Under the pieces are notes generated by a model. It was not told where the DNA came from. It ran no database searches and worked only from the letters and a program-made list of their open reading frames with translations. A DNA stretch of 63,440 bases, the filler included, from Asterionella formosa (lineage: Eukaryota): assembly GCA_002256025.1 (NCBI GenBank). It is 11 parts of 11 records of this genome, joined end to end, with 100 filler letters (N's around TTAATTAATTAA, not from the genome) between each part and the next. Parts side by side here need not be neighbours in the genome. Positions count along the whole stretch, not along the records: positions 1 to 5,687 come from NKIB01012961.1; positions 5,788 to 11,473 come from NKIB01012962.1; positions 11,574 to 17,259 come from NKIB01012963.1; 8 more parts are not named here. One strand, given 5' to 3'. Of this stretch, positions 1-11,889 are shown piece after piece. Each line of letters opens with the position of its first letter. Within the stretch, counting starts at the first letter, position 1. The position numbers and the translations under genes were made by a program.

Positions 1-164
1 TGATCTTGATCGGTTGTTTTTGTGGATCGTGTCAAATTCCTCGGGCCGAGCAAATCCTCGGGATTTGGTTTATACAGGTAGGAGTAGCTGGTACCACCAC
101 GTGAATAAGATATTCCTTACACATTTTCAATCTTTCTTCGAAGATATCATCACGATCTATCATC

Positions 165-1076
165 ATGACTCTCTATGTTAGAAAGACTTTTATTGTTCTC
201 GTCGTGACTTCCTTCCCCGCTACTATCTTGGCATGGCCCTTTGGTGCGGGTAGCTGTGCGGCTGGCGTAGCCGCCATCGGAGGCTCCCATCTCACTCGAG
301 CCAACATTACCCAGGGTACATTGGAGGAGGGGGGCTTTCAAGTATCATGTAACAGCAATCTCCTCGTATCTGGAGAAATTACAATCATTGATGTGGGTCA
401 AGATAACACCCTTGTCTTGGAGGGAGGCACATTTAAAGGATTCCTTTTTCGCCTTGGAGGATCCACCTCTTCAGTCTCTACTACAGATTCCTTGAGTGTC
501 GCAACCAGTGATACCAGTGGCGATGTACAAATTTCGCAAGATTATTGTATCAATGTCGAAAAAGTTGGAGGAATCACCCATACTAGTAACAGCGAAAAAG
601 CTAGGATTTCCACAATTCTCAACATGGCAGAGCCAGACGAGGGTATGTTTCTGGATGTCACAGTCGTTGTATTGAATGCTGGTCCCGAGTATTCGCCGTT
701 TCCGAGTGGCGTGAGCGAATACTACTATTCAAGGTATTTGATTACGGCAAGTGGAGCTAGAAATCCCAACACCGTGGCCCCGATATCTCCTGATTCAGCT
801 GCTCCCATCACTTTGGTTCCACATGATTCTCCTGCTCCAATCATGTCTGGTCCACCCGTTTCAATCGCTCCCATAATGTCGGTTCCTCCATATACAGTTG
901 CCCCCATCGCTCCTCCAAGCCCCACACCTATGCCTGCCCTTACCGTGCCAACTAATTCTCCTGCTGTGACGATGGCTCCTAGTACCGTCAGGCCTTTCAC
1001 GTCGTCGGGCATGACAACGTGGAATGATGATATCTTGATGGTGATAGCGTGCGTGTTTGGCGCTTGGTTTTTGTAA
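165..1076 (+). CDS. Secreted/cell-surface protein with reeler-like domain, Pro/Thr-rich stalk and C-terminal hydrophobic (GPI-like) tail
   Basis: 303-aa ORF. It has an N-terminal signal peptide, FKGFLFRL and GITHTSNSEK motifs resembling reeler domains, repeated (V/I/S)API units, and a hydrophobic C-terminus ILMVIACVFGAWFL. Confidence 0.75.
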   Translation: MTLYVRKTFIVLVVTSFPATILAWPFGAGSCAAGVAAIGGSHLTRANITQGTLEEGGFQVSCNSNLLVSGEITIIDVGQDNTLVLEGGTFKGFLFRLGGSTSSVSTTDSLSVATSDTSGDVQISQDYCINVEKVGGITHTSNSEKARISTILNMAEPDEGMFLDVTVVVLNAGPEYSPFPSGVSEYYYSRYLITASGARNPNTVAPISPDSAAPITLVPHDSPAPIMSGPPVSIAPIMSVPPYTVAPIAPPSPTPMPALTVPTNSPAVTMAPSTVRPFTSSGMTTWNDDILMVIACVFGAWFL

Positions 1077-1814
1077 ATTATGTGGCTGGCTACCTGTGCC
1101 AGCCTTTTGTATAAAGTACCTTATCTATTTCTTTGGAGAGGATGTAGCACCTTACTTGACAATTACAGTGTGCATGTTAATGACTGATGTACCAGTAGTT
1201 ATGCATGAATTGATTCAACGAAAAACGAAGCAAGTACAGTAATGCATAAGCATTCTACACTTTGAGTACTTCCCATTGCTTAGTTTTTCTATTGATAGGA
1301 AGTGTATACATTTGCATTCATTGCAATGCTCCATAACGGTATGGCTTGTACCGGTTGTGCGCTTACCCAAGTACTAATATCGGGTAATGAGCTGTAGTGC
1401 GAAAGTGGCCATCATCCCCCCTTTTCTTGGGACACTTTTGTAGTTAGTAAGTCACAACCCTTTTGCATTTGCTTACAGAGAACAAGAAGTTGGGTAGTCC
1501 ATGATTGACCATTTGCAAATCTACGACTATTCACAGTCATCACAACGAGAACTGAGTGAACAACGGAAGTATGAAAGCACATTTCTCGAAACACGAGGTG
1601 ACAATAGATGCCCTTTTGTCAGATAACCTAGCTCCTAAAACCTCACAAACAACGTGGCCACTCAAGAACTTGTAGGAAACAGTGTTGAGCTAACTGTACA
1701 TAGATATGCAGGGAACTCTGTTTAATAGTGTTGCCACAACTTTGTTATCGTTTCTCCTTACTTCAATCGACCATGTCAAATCGCAGATATCACAGTCTAA
1801 ATTGCAGCATAAGT

Positions 1815-3285
1815 CTAGTTCTTTTTGCCCTCGCCTTTTTTTCCAGACGATTTGGATTGTAATTCGGATAAAATGCCACCACAGGCAAGCCCGATTCCAG
1901 ACCAACCAATTAACGACAATGAATGTCCCTTAAGGAAGATGGATAGCAAGACAGAAAAGATCTTTCGCGTCGTCGTGACAGTGGACAAGACCAACGGATC
2001 AAAGTTGGCAATAGTATAAAAGATGAAGGACTGTCCAACTGCAGAACAGATAGCAAACTTGATAATCTTGCTCATAATCTCTGGGTTGGCCGCACAGTAT
2101 GCCATTCCAGTCTGTACTTCTCCCAAGCCACCAGCAATGACAACTGCAGTCAAGCACATGTACAAGTTGGTCCAAAACATAAAGTCATACGGCTTTGGTT
2201 TAATCCCCGCCTTTGCGGTTTCACTTTTGAGACGTTTTTGAAAGCCCGCTGTGACTCCATCCAAAACCAAGGACAAGAAAATAAAGAAAACACCCATGCT
2301 ACTCGACGTTGACGATCCTTTCTTCTTCCCCATGGAAACAATGGCTGTTCCACCAATAATCATGGCCACTTGCAGATATTCCCGAATAGTGTACGATGCT
2401 CCACCCAACAAAAGCGAGCCCAACATGACGGGAGCCATTTTTCCAGACTTGGCCAAGGTGGCGACTGGAAAGGATAGACCATTAGCGAGTGCCAAGGAAG
2501 TACATGCCTTGGCTGTCACTTGGGCCGCGCCTGAAATAGCAAACATGGTCTGAGGGATGCCTTTCGTTGCTCCTGACAACATCATGCCAGCGAAACCAAC
2601 AATGACGTTGGCCAGTGCCTCCAGAACCTGAAGGAACCATGCTTGCTTAAAGGCGGTGCCATCGGCGGCGGCAAATCGAAATACGTCTTCTTGGAGGGAT
2701 CCATAATAGAGAAATGCGCCATAAATACCACCAGCTCCAATGAGAAGCTTCACACCGTCGGGAATCGCAGCTTTGGGCTCGTCAGCAGAGGTCATGGTTG
2801 TTATAGGAAGTGTCTTGTCGTTGTCGTCGGTTGGAATACTGATAATGGAGTAAACGGGAGGTTAGCGAAAGTGAGAATACCGTATGAAGGGGCCCAGACA
2901 ATCAGGGAATAGAAATAGTTGCACTGCTATTGAAATACCGGTAGACCTAGTGGAGAAAAGTTACTGACACGATATCACAGACGAAGACAGGGCAGCTCTC
3001 ACAACTTGCGAGCAAGTCAAGGACTCGAATGTTCACAAACAGATAACGAAGAACGCACCTTTCAGAAGGACTTGGCTCAAAAAGTTGAGGAGACTGTGTG
3101 AGATTTGGCTCTGACAGCACTGATGATGGATCAATAGCGGCGCCAGGGGAAATCACAAATGGGACAGGTGAAGAATTAGCCAGAGGAGGATTGGCAGCAG
3201 CACGTGCAGACGGCGTTTCAGAAGAGGAGCAAGCGGAAACAGAGAGGAGGAGGACGGCAAGTGCGAGGGAGAAGGAAGGTCGCAT
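1815..3285 (-). CDS. UAA-family (SLC35B/UDP-galactose-type) nucleotide-sugar transporter; model complement(join(1815..2838,3059..3285))
   Basis: Motifs YYGSLQE, ATLAKSGKMAPVM, LDGVTAGFQ, AVGQSFIF and TTTRKIFS. An upstream signal-peptide exon splices in frame through intron 3058-2839 (AG|GTGCGT donor, GCTAAC branch, ATCAG acceptor). The core 1815-2795 is secure; the extra exon is a model. Confidence 0.88.
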
Positions 3286-4414
3286 AACTTTTATTGGAGG
3301 CGGGCACAGCGGGCACTCACAGTTTTTTTGTAAGTGGCAGATCGTTTTCTTTGGGTTGACGGTTAGATTTGATTGATGTCTCGTTAATATATTACACGTA
3401 TGGATCAGCATAATGATCACACAGGTAGGGACGAAGGTTGACCTATCGACGAAAGCACATGCGACGCACGCGGTGATCAATATGATGTCAAATGCACTTT
3501 ACCGGTCCTCCGTACCTGGTACCAGGTCCACCAGTTATTATGATGCATACCGGTACGACACGTAATGCAACCGAGTCCAACTACTTTCCACGGGGAAGCT
3601 GGGGCTTCGGTGTTTTGCATGCCATCAGCTATATACGTACTCATCTGCAGGTAGGTACGAATTCCTAACTACATTACGGTCCGTGCATACGCACGTCACT
3701 ACATTTATGTGGCGGATGCAATTTTCAAATTTTGCTTGTTCTTTGCTTTCTTCTTTCTTCTTTGCTTGCTTCATGATGTTATACTAGTACTCACGACCTA
3801 TTTAGTACACCACTACATACACTAAGCAATATGATACCTGGTACCAGGTACCAGGTACCTGGTACCGGAGTGCACCGCAGACAGTCGGCTACGACAATAT
3901 GAATACACGCATACAGTACCTTGCACTGGTATGCATGTATGACTATGTATATATATGATGATATGCTTTTTTCTTCGGGCCTGCGAAAAACCCGGGCACG
4001 GACAATGAGAACAATCGCCTCGTCATCGTCATCAAGAGCCAGCTCCACCACATAAGATAGCATCAGCATGCGCGCGTGCAAGAAACAAAACTCTCTTTGC
4101 GGCTGGCTGTTCAAAGACCCTTTCTGCCGCCCACCCTTTGTAAATATTTGAAGCCAGTCTCTGAGTAATGATATTGGAATGATAGGGTGCAACGCTGTAG
4201 GCATCGTCGTTGCTTCTATTCAACCATCAAGTTCATAAGATTGCCTCTTTTGGATTGGTGAGCCAACGTGATATTCTCTTCCGACGGCCACAAGGACACT
4301 TTACTTGAAAACGCAAACGAGTAACCCCCTTTGTATTCCACAGTAGAACGAGCCTCGCTTCCTGTTGAAACATCTTCGCAATACGCTGCTCATCACCGAG
4401 CCATCACATTAGCA

Positions 4415-4735
4415 ATGGGGAACAGTCAAAGTGCGCCAGAAGTAGTTCAACAAGATTCAAGTTCCACAACGGCGAAGGCGAAGAAAGTTCGAAAAGGGAT
4501 ACACTTGGCGGAATACAAGTGCCGCCGAAAGAAAGCCAATTACAATTTATGCTACAATGCCGCCTACAAACGATTCATTGATGCGCAAGCCGCACAAGCA
4601 GGTCACGAATGTGCTGCTGAATTTGACGACTACCGGACATGCGTCTTGCGAAGCATGAAGAAGCAATTGGTGGACCAAGGTAGAGTAGATATTCATCCAG
4701 AGAGCATGTTGGGGGAGTTAAATGACGATGAATAG
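4415..4735 (+). CDS. Twin CX9C protein, TRIAP1/Mdm35-like
   Basis: ATG at 4415 (MGNSQS). CRRKKANYNLC and CAAEFDDYRTC are both exact CX9C motifs, with spacing and flanking residues like Mdm35/TRIAP1. Confidence 0.75.
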   Translation: MGNSQSAPEVVQQDSSSTTAKAKKVRKGIHLAEYKCRRKKANYNLCYNAAYKRFIDAQAAQAGHECAAEFDDYRTCVLRSMKKQLVDQGRVDIHPESMLGELNDDE

Positions 4736-5687
4736 CTCCAATTTGTTTGCGCGAACTTCTTCAAAAGCTGAGAGTTTGCTTCAGACAACACATTGTTGAA
4801 TTACATAGTGTCTGTATGGTTGACTTCAATGCATGAGTCGATTTTTGACATCACAATTCCCGGATAATGGGTCAGAGTGTAGCACCCGCAATCATGCAGG
4901 TATTCAAAACCCTTTGTATAGACCACGAACAAAACTCTCTATTTTAAAATGGTATGTTTAGATCGGGCCACAACCCATTCATTCAATTGCTCCTTATTTT
5001 TGTACATGTCCCCACATTTGTCCCATAAGGCAATAATTCATAGCTGCTGCTTCTTCTGATAGACCATACCCAGGTACCAGTGAGATAGTACTGGATTACC
5101 TGCAAGTTGCAGTAATTTTGTTAAAATGGACACTGTGATACAGGACAAGTGCTCAAACGAACATCATCAACTCTTGCTTTGAATTGACAGTATGACGACT
5201 TGGTAGTGATGTTAAAAAAATTCGTCTAAACAAGGAAACGTCAAAATGAGGCAAATGGCTGAAAAAAGAAAATGACTGGGGCAATAGATGGGTGGCCTGA
5301 AGCCAAAGTAAGCAAAAGGCTTGCTTACTTTGCTTTATTCTCTCCAAACCCAAAATCGTTTTCCTTTTCTGGCCAATGTGATGAAAACAAACCAATATTG
5401 AACAGTTCGATTTCAATTAGGATCAAAATCTTCACATGCTAGCATCATAATAGCTACGTAACAACTAGTGATACCCAATATAACAACTACTATACCATAC
5501 CACCATGTGCCTGCTGGTGGCTTGACTCATGCTGCTCAGGGTACCTGAGGTAGAACTCGTACGAGGTTGAATATCATTATTTCGCTTAGATTAGTATTCG
5601 CTTCTTTTCTATATATTATGTATATATTTTCCAGTATAGCACTACTGAGTAACTGTGTAGTCGCCGTGAGTAGCAGGGGAATGCATG

Positions 5688-5787
5688 NNNNNNNNNNNNN
5701 NNNNNNNNNNNNNNNNNNNNNNNNNNNNNNNTTAATTAATTAANNNNNNNNNNNNNNNNNNNNNNNNNNNNNNNNNNNNNNNNNNNN
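5688..5787. other. Artificial contig-joining spacer (N44-TTAATTAATTAA-N44), first of ten
   Basis: Identical 100-nt spacers with stops in all six frames also lie at 11474-11573, 17260-17359, 23042-23141, 28824-28923, 34603-34702, 40375-40474, 46149-46248, 51917-52016 and 57682-57781. Intervening contigs shrink almost monotonically from 5687 to 5659 nt. Confidence 0.98.
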
Positions 5788-6739
5788 CTCACCAAATCAA
5801 ACTGAGCGGAACGTTTTGGTCCAAAATATGTCATTTAGATGAACCATAGTGTAAAACGGTTCAATTTACAAGGATTTAGGATGAGATATGTACAATCATT
5901 ATTTTAACTAGTCACATACAAATTGTTTCAGACATAAGTAAAATTGTTTCAGACTATTTCTTGTCAGACGATTTTTTGATAGAAGATTCTCGCTCTTTGT
6001 ACTTTAAAAAGTATATGTATGTATCATGTCGTCACAGCCTTGACCACGAGGAAAATAGCGGAAATCTCTGCGTAAATCCTTGAAGGACGCCCTCCTATTT
6101 GATATATATCTCTAGCACGATATGGACAATATAATAGTAGAAGTATTATTGGTAGAACACTAATGTTAAGAAAGAAAATTAAAGTCGCCGATGGAGAAGT
6201 TTTTCATTTACTTTAGAAATGCAAAACACAATGATCTTTGATAAAGATTCAACACTTCAAAGTAGCAGCACAACGAATAATGCTAACACTATCTCGATTT
6301 ATGTTGATGTTTACAGGCGAGGATAATGCATTTTGTTGATAACAATAAAATGGCTTGTTTCGATATCTCTCATCATCCTTTATACAAACCGGTATGCATG
6401 CATACTAATGATTAGGCACCAGCCATGCGACCTCAATGGACAAACTGCTCTTTGTCATACATACCGGTATGTTATGTCATATTGTCGTCGTTTCATGCTC
6501 GTCTGGACGAAGGGTCTCAGAAGGGCCTCTGTGTTTCCATTTTGTAAGTAGATCAGAGCTTTATTATAGATGTAGACTGACACCTGAGTTCAGATAGAAG
6601 TGATCCAGCCTCACATTAAGAATGAAATCAAACCATAAAATGCATTAACTTTTGTATTTTATGCTATCTATCTATTTTTTGCAGTTGAATCTTCAGATCA
6701 GGTCACTCATGAACCCTTTGATCCCGGTAAGTTTGGTTT

Positions 6740-7490
6740 CTATGATTGGTGCTTTTCAGCGTGATATTCTTCACATAGATAAGAAATGGCTCTTTGCTTC
6801 AAAGGAAGACCTGTCTGGCATAAGACGAGTTACCCCCCGAAAGAAATATTATTCAGAAGTCGCATATCAAAAAGTCTTTTTTAAAGTTCTGTTGCGAGAC
6901 CAAGATATAATGCTGCTGGGAGATGAATTTTGATGGCAAATAGTCATTTGGCCAGTTATTTAAAGGTTATGGCAATAAGGAAGTCGGTGAATAGAGAAAG
7001 GGATGTTCTAGAAACAAAGCTACTGAGTGTAACAAAAGAGTTTTATGCAGACTTTATCACGAACAAGGTAATTCCGGCGATCCATGCTAAATGGCCTAAT
7101 GATGAAACTCTTGAATCCAAAACAGTGTTCCTTCAACATGATAGTGCGACAACTCGTTTTGGCCCAGAATGTCAAAGATTCATTGAAGGTGGAGGAATTA
7201 TGATGGGATGGAATATCAGCCAAACTCACACCTCAGTTGCCAAATTCTCTTGATTTGAATACAAACAATTCATCTTTTTTCTATGCTTTGCAGACTTATC
7301 AGTAGGAATCAACCAATCTAAGGCGCTATAGAAAATGTAGAATTTCTGATCAAGGCTGTGGTGACTGGGTCTTATTGTTTGTTTTGTCAAAGGAAACTGA
7401 ATTCAGCGTTTATAACATTTCAGAGCTATTTGGAAGAAATATTACTATCTCTTGGTCGTAACGATTATAAGATTCCACGTACGGGAACGA
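6740..7490 (+). pseudogene. Degenerate Tc1/mariner (DD39D, plant-mariner-like) transposase
   Basis: Frameshifted fragments DILHIDKKWLF, ETKLLSVTK, KVIPAIHAKWP, VFLQHDSA and an NS-DLN-like segment match the HIDEKWF...QQDNA...PNSPDLN signature. Confidence 0.75.
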
Positions 7491-7619
7491 AACAAAAAAT
7501 ATAGCCTCACTTATATAAAGCGCTTTAAGACTTCTCATTTGCTAGAAGAGAGAAGAGTAGACCGAGTAGCGCTTCCTGGCGCTGCCAGCCCTGATGTTCA
7601 TTTACTGCTTATGTAATTA

Positions 7620-8420
7620 CTTACCAACCCACGATCATGTCATCACAACAACGGGCAATGAAATTTTTGAGAAGGCTGTGAAGATATCCGATATCAATGG
7701 TGTCATGTATGACAAAGCATGGATTTGAAATTGCCAAAGCAACCATGCAAGATGTGACTTTAAGGATGAAAAAGTGATGGAAATTTAGTGATAATGACAA
7801 TGCCATTGTGTTGACCAAGAATGATAATACAATCACATTTGACATCAAAATCTCAACTCCAAAGGGTATGGTGTCGTATACCATGGAAAGGGTCGTCACA
7901 AGGGTTGCAGGTGCAGGCACAGATAGAGGTTCCAAATTGTCAATTGTTACAGAGATGCATGATAAACTTGGACATGTATACTTTGAGGATATAGCAAGAA
8001 GGACAGCGAAAGCTATGATTGGTTGGACCTTGACTGTTGGTGGGAGGAAACCACGTAAAGCTTGTGCTGCAGTTAAGACAAAGCAAAAGAATGTTCCCAA
8101 AGAAAAAATAACAAGAAGAAGCGAAAGAAAACAATAACCGGTTGAATTTAGCTAGACATAATGGAAACTGTGAAAAGAAAGGAAAATGACATCATGGCAA
8201 AGACATAAAAATAAATCCTGCATACTGGAGAATTTTTGATAATGAGAGGACTCGCTCAAATGAAATTCAATGGAATGGTTGAAAAAGCCTTTGAGCAGCT
8301 ATTTAAATGGAAGGCGAGCGAAACACCTGCACATGCGCACCTAACGCTCCTTCCGTCATAAAAAGTGACAATTATTGAACGCAATTCATGATCACTGGTC
8401 TTGACCATTTCATCACCAAG
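7620..8420 (+). mobile_element. Ty1/Copia remnant (protease linker, GAG-pre-integrase, integrase fragments)
   Basis: HDKLGHVYFEDIARRTAKAMIGWTL...RKACAAVKTKQKNVPK is a degenerate HHCC zinc domain. NGMVEKAF lies near 8270. Confidence 0.7.
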
Positions 8421-9610
8421 TGCAACAATTTCCCATACCACACCGATATTTTGTCATTTCCTTGACAGAAAATATTTCATGGAGTCAGAGTCTCCTAAGG
8501 GAGGGCGTTGGAGGTTCAAGAAACTCCAGGTGACATTGAGAGTCTAATGAGTCAAATCGTGAAGTTATGATTTATGTGACTATAAGTGGGATCAAAATTA
8601 GTTGGAGTAGAAGTCTTTAATTGCATTTGGTAAGATTAAATTTGGTAAGATTGATAGTTTAGAATTTATTACAATTAGTTCACAATCTGAGAAACCTTGA
8701 CTTGAGTAAGGTAGTCTTTGGAGTGGTCCTTTAACGACATCTTGTACCTGGTGTATTTATGGTGCCAGAAATACTTTTTCATTTGTTCTTATTCCAAAGA
8801 ACAACATATCGTGTTCACTCATCAGAATTCATTACATTTTATTGCAAGGCAGTATGATAGCCAGAAATTCAGCAGATGCCAACCCAGTCACTGAAATGAC
8901 ACTGGTGGAAGGCAAAAGCAAAGATCTATAGGTTTTCATTGCTTCTGCTGTTGTTGTTACCATTGTTGCAACATTCATCTTAAGGACCATCTTTTACATC
9001 TGTATTTAGGCCTTTCTGTTTTTTACTTCTAGGGGTTCCAAACATGCTCAAGTGACAAATCATTTGATGCCAAAGAACAGCTTAAGCAAGTTCTTTGAGG
9101 CCAAGATTTACCTGATGACAACCTGAATAAGCCCAAAGGACTCCTAAAGTAGGCGTTTGCCAATTGAAATGTAACCCTGGTGACTGAACTCTCAACCTCA
9201 ATGAACTATGATGTGATCTAGTATCATATCATTAGATTTGCGCTGTGGCAACAATGACTGTGCTATCAGTGAATTGCACCTCTGTAAGGGTTGGATTGTG
9301 TCGGAATCGGCACTACTTGTTTTGTCAAGAGCTCAAGGTTGAAAGTGATGGTGAGTAGCGAAATTGTCGATAAGTACAATGAATGTTGTCAGTTGAAGCA
9401 TTTGCGATTTTAGTGTTTTCTGTACATGTCAAGCAATAGCTGTAGATTATAGGTAATCCTTCGATGACAAAGTGAGGAAGCTTGCTACCAGACTGATCAC
9501 TCCCATGATTCGATTGCAACATGCAACTTCTTTTTCCTGCTTTATTCTATGTCCATAAAAATTTAAGATACATATTTAGAATAATATGCAGACCTTTTCA
9601 TCAACGATTT

Positions 9611-10291
9611 CTACTTCCAGCTCCACTTCCCCTTTGAAAAGTCAATCATTTTCGTATTGTCAAAGTCCTCTTGTGTGGGTTCTTCCTCGCAGGTTGGAAT
9701 GTGCCCACAGAGGAGCTTTTCCTTCCAATTCCGTTCTCCTGAGAAACAGCTTTCCGGAATATTCTCACAAACATCATATTGAATCTGACTTATGCGTTCC
9801 CCTGTCTTCTGGAGCGTCACTTGGGACTTGGTTCGAACAGCATTTCCAAGCAACAGACTCTTGCTAATGGTTACGTTCAATATCTTTGCATAGAGAGCAT
9901 CGGGTGGTATTTCACAATATGTGACTTCGGTTACGTCTTCTCTTGTTCGACATGCTCGTCCGAGATGATAGTCTCCCCATTTGATTTTGAAATGGCAACT
10001 ACAGTAGGGCTCGCATCGCACATGTCGCCAATCCCAATAGCAATTCGAGGATGTTTGCGGGATTACCTTCTGTGTCAGGAACTCCTTTGCGGATTCACCA
10101 AACGTATCCAGTAATGTTCGTTCGTCACTTGTTGCGTTTGTTAAGGCATCGGACAACGGCACGAGCAGCAGAATGATCAAACTTATTATTGATGGACAGA
10201 CTACTTGGAAGCGCCGAGTAGAGGCACGCACAACAATACCGAGAGCTTCTCTCGCTCCTATGTTTATCTCTGTGTGACTGAAGTGCAACAT
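9611..10291 (-). CDS. Hypothetical Cys-rich membrane/secreted protein
   Basis: 226-aa ATG-started ORF with one hydrophobic segment and the Cys/Trp-rich motif CYWDWRHVRCEPYCSCHF...GDYHLGRACR. Confidence 0.65.
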   Translation of the reverse strand: MLHFSHTEINIGAREALGIVVRASTRRFQVVCPSIISLIILLLVPLSDALTNATSDERTLLDTFGESAKEFLTQKVIPQTSSNCYWDWRHVRCEPYCSCHFKIKWGDYHLGRACRTREDVTEVTYCEIPPDALYAKILNVTISKSLLLGNAVRTKSQVTLQKTGERISQIQYDVCENIPESCFSGERNWKEKLLCGHIPTCEEEPTQEDFDNTKMIDFSKGKWSWK

Positions 10292-11889
10292 TTCGAGTGG
10301 AGACAGAGAAGAACGCCGTTAAGGATGAATGCAACCATAACTGAAATAGCAAATGGTCTCCTCATGGAAGTTTTTCATTGAGTCTACATTATGCATCAAT
10401 AAGAATTTATACCAGTACCTGGTACCTGGTACCAGTACTCTGCCTCATGGACCTCATACCTCATTTTTCTGTACAGTAGGTTCCTACATTTTATGTATGC
10501 AGGGTCAAATCTAATCCGAATTTTGCCAAGTAGCGGCATACCATGCAACTGCTGAGTATAACGGCACCTGATTGTACGGTACCTGGTACATGGTTGAAAA
10601 AGGGATCCCTGATTTCCAATTAGGTCATGGGTATTTGAAAATAGGATATCACTTTGTTTTGTGTTGTGTTTGATGGGAAAACAGACTAGCATGCCCTTAG
10701 TCTGTTAACCTTCAGACATGTCGTAAAGAGCAACATTGAAGGGTGGACTCCATGAAAGTAAACAGAGTTTACTGATGGTAACTCTCATTTCAAAATTATC
10801 CTAAAACTGCTGAGAGTGATTGACGAGTTTTATTGGCAATGTCAAAGAGATCGAGGGACAAGCCAAGTATCCTCATTGATCTACCTGAAAGAATTATTCA
10901 TTCAAAGGACAGCATCTAGGTCTTTCAATCTACCTAGTCTAGGTAGATAGGTGTATATGTGACAGGGAAGAGGATGCAGTGAATCAAGCTGTGCCTCCAA
11001 AGGAACAATGAATTCATTTCAGACTTATGCTAACCATACATCAATCAAACTGCATTTTAAATAACACATTTACTGTAGTATGTAAATAATCCTTTTCAAA
11101 CACGAGTCTAGGAAATAGCACGCCATCAATCACAGTGATTTTCTCTTATAATAACATAATGGACATATGATGAGTTGTACTTTACCTTGGATCCAACCAA
11201 TTTTGACTATCATGGGCTGATATCTATAATATGAAGTTTTTACTTAATGGATGTCTTTATGCAATATTATATGTTTCCTTTGGATATTACAAGTTAGGAT
11301 TTATGTGTTATTTCTACACAGCATACATGCACCACTGTATGTAGTTGTTGCCATCCTGACCAGGACTGTATGAAACTGGACTTCTATTGATAGCCATAAC
11401 GAGCTTGTGGGTACCACCTAAAAACTGAGAGTCATACAAACTTTCAGTTTTGTACTGATAGTCATAACAAAACNNNNNNNNNNNNNNNNNNNNNNNNNNN
11501 NNNNNNNNNNNNNNNNNTTAATTAATTAANNNNNNNNNNNNNNNNNNNNNNNNNNNNNNNNNNNNNNNNNNNNAACTATTTTTTGAGAGAAAAAGCACAT
11601 CATCAAAGTTAGCATCAAATCATAAAGAAATCAAAAATAATGTAGATGACTGTAGAATGACTTGGCATGCAATGACTGTTAACAATAATGCAAATTTGAT
11701 CCTGAAGGACTTTTGAGTATTGAGACTACCAAAATGATTTAGTGAATGACTTTAAGCGAAAATGCTATTTAAAGGAAGAAATGGCACAGTATGCATTTTT
11801 CAAAGCTCCTGAGTGGGATTCGGATTTCTTTCTATATTCTATTAGGTGTATAATAAAATATATCTCCTTTTAATTCATCTTAATTATAT

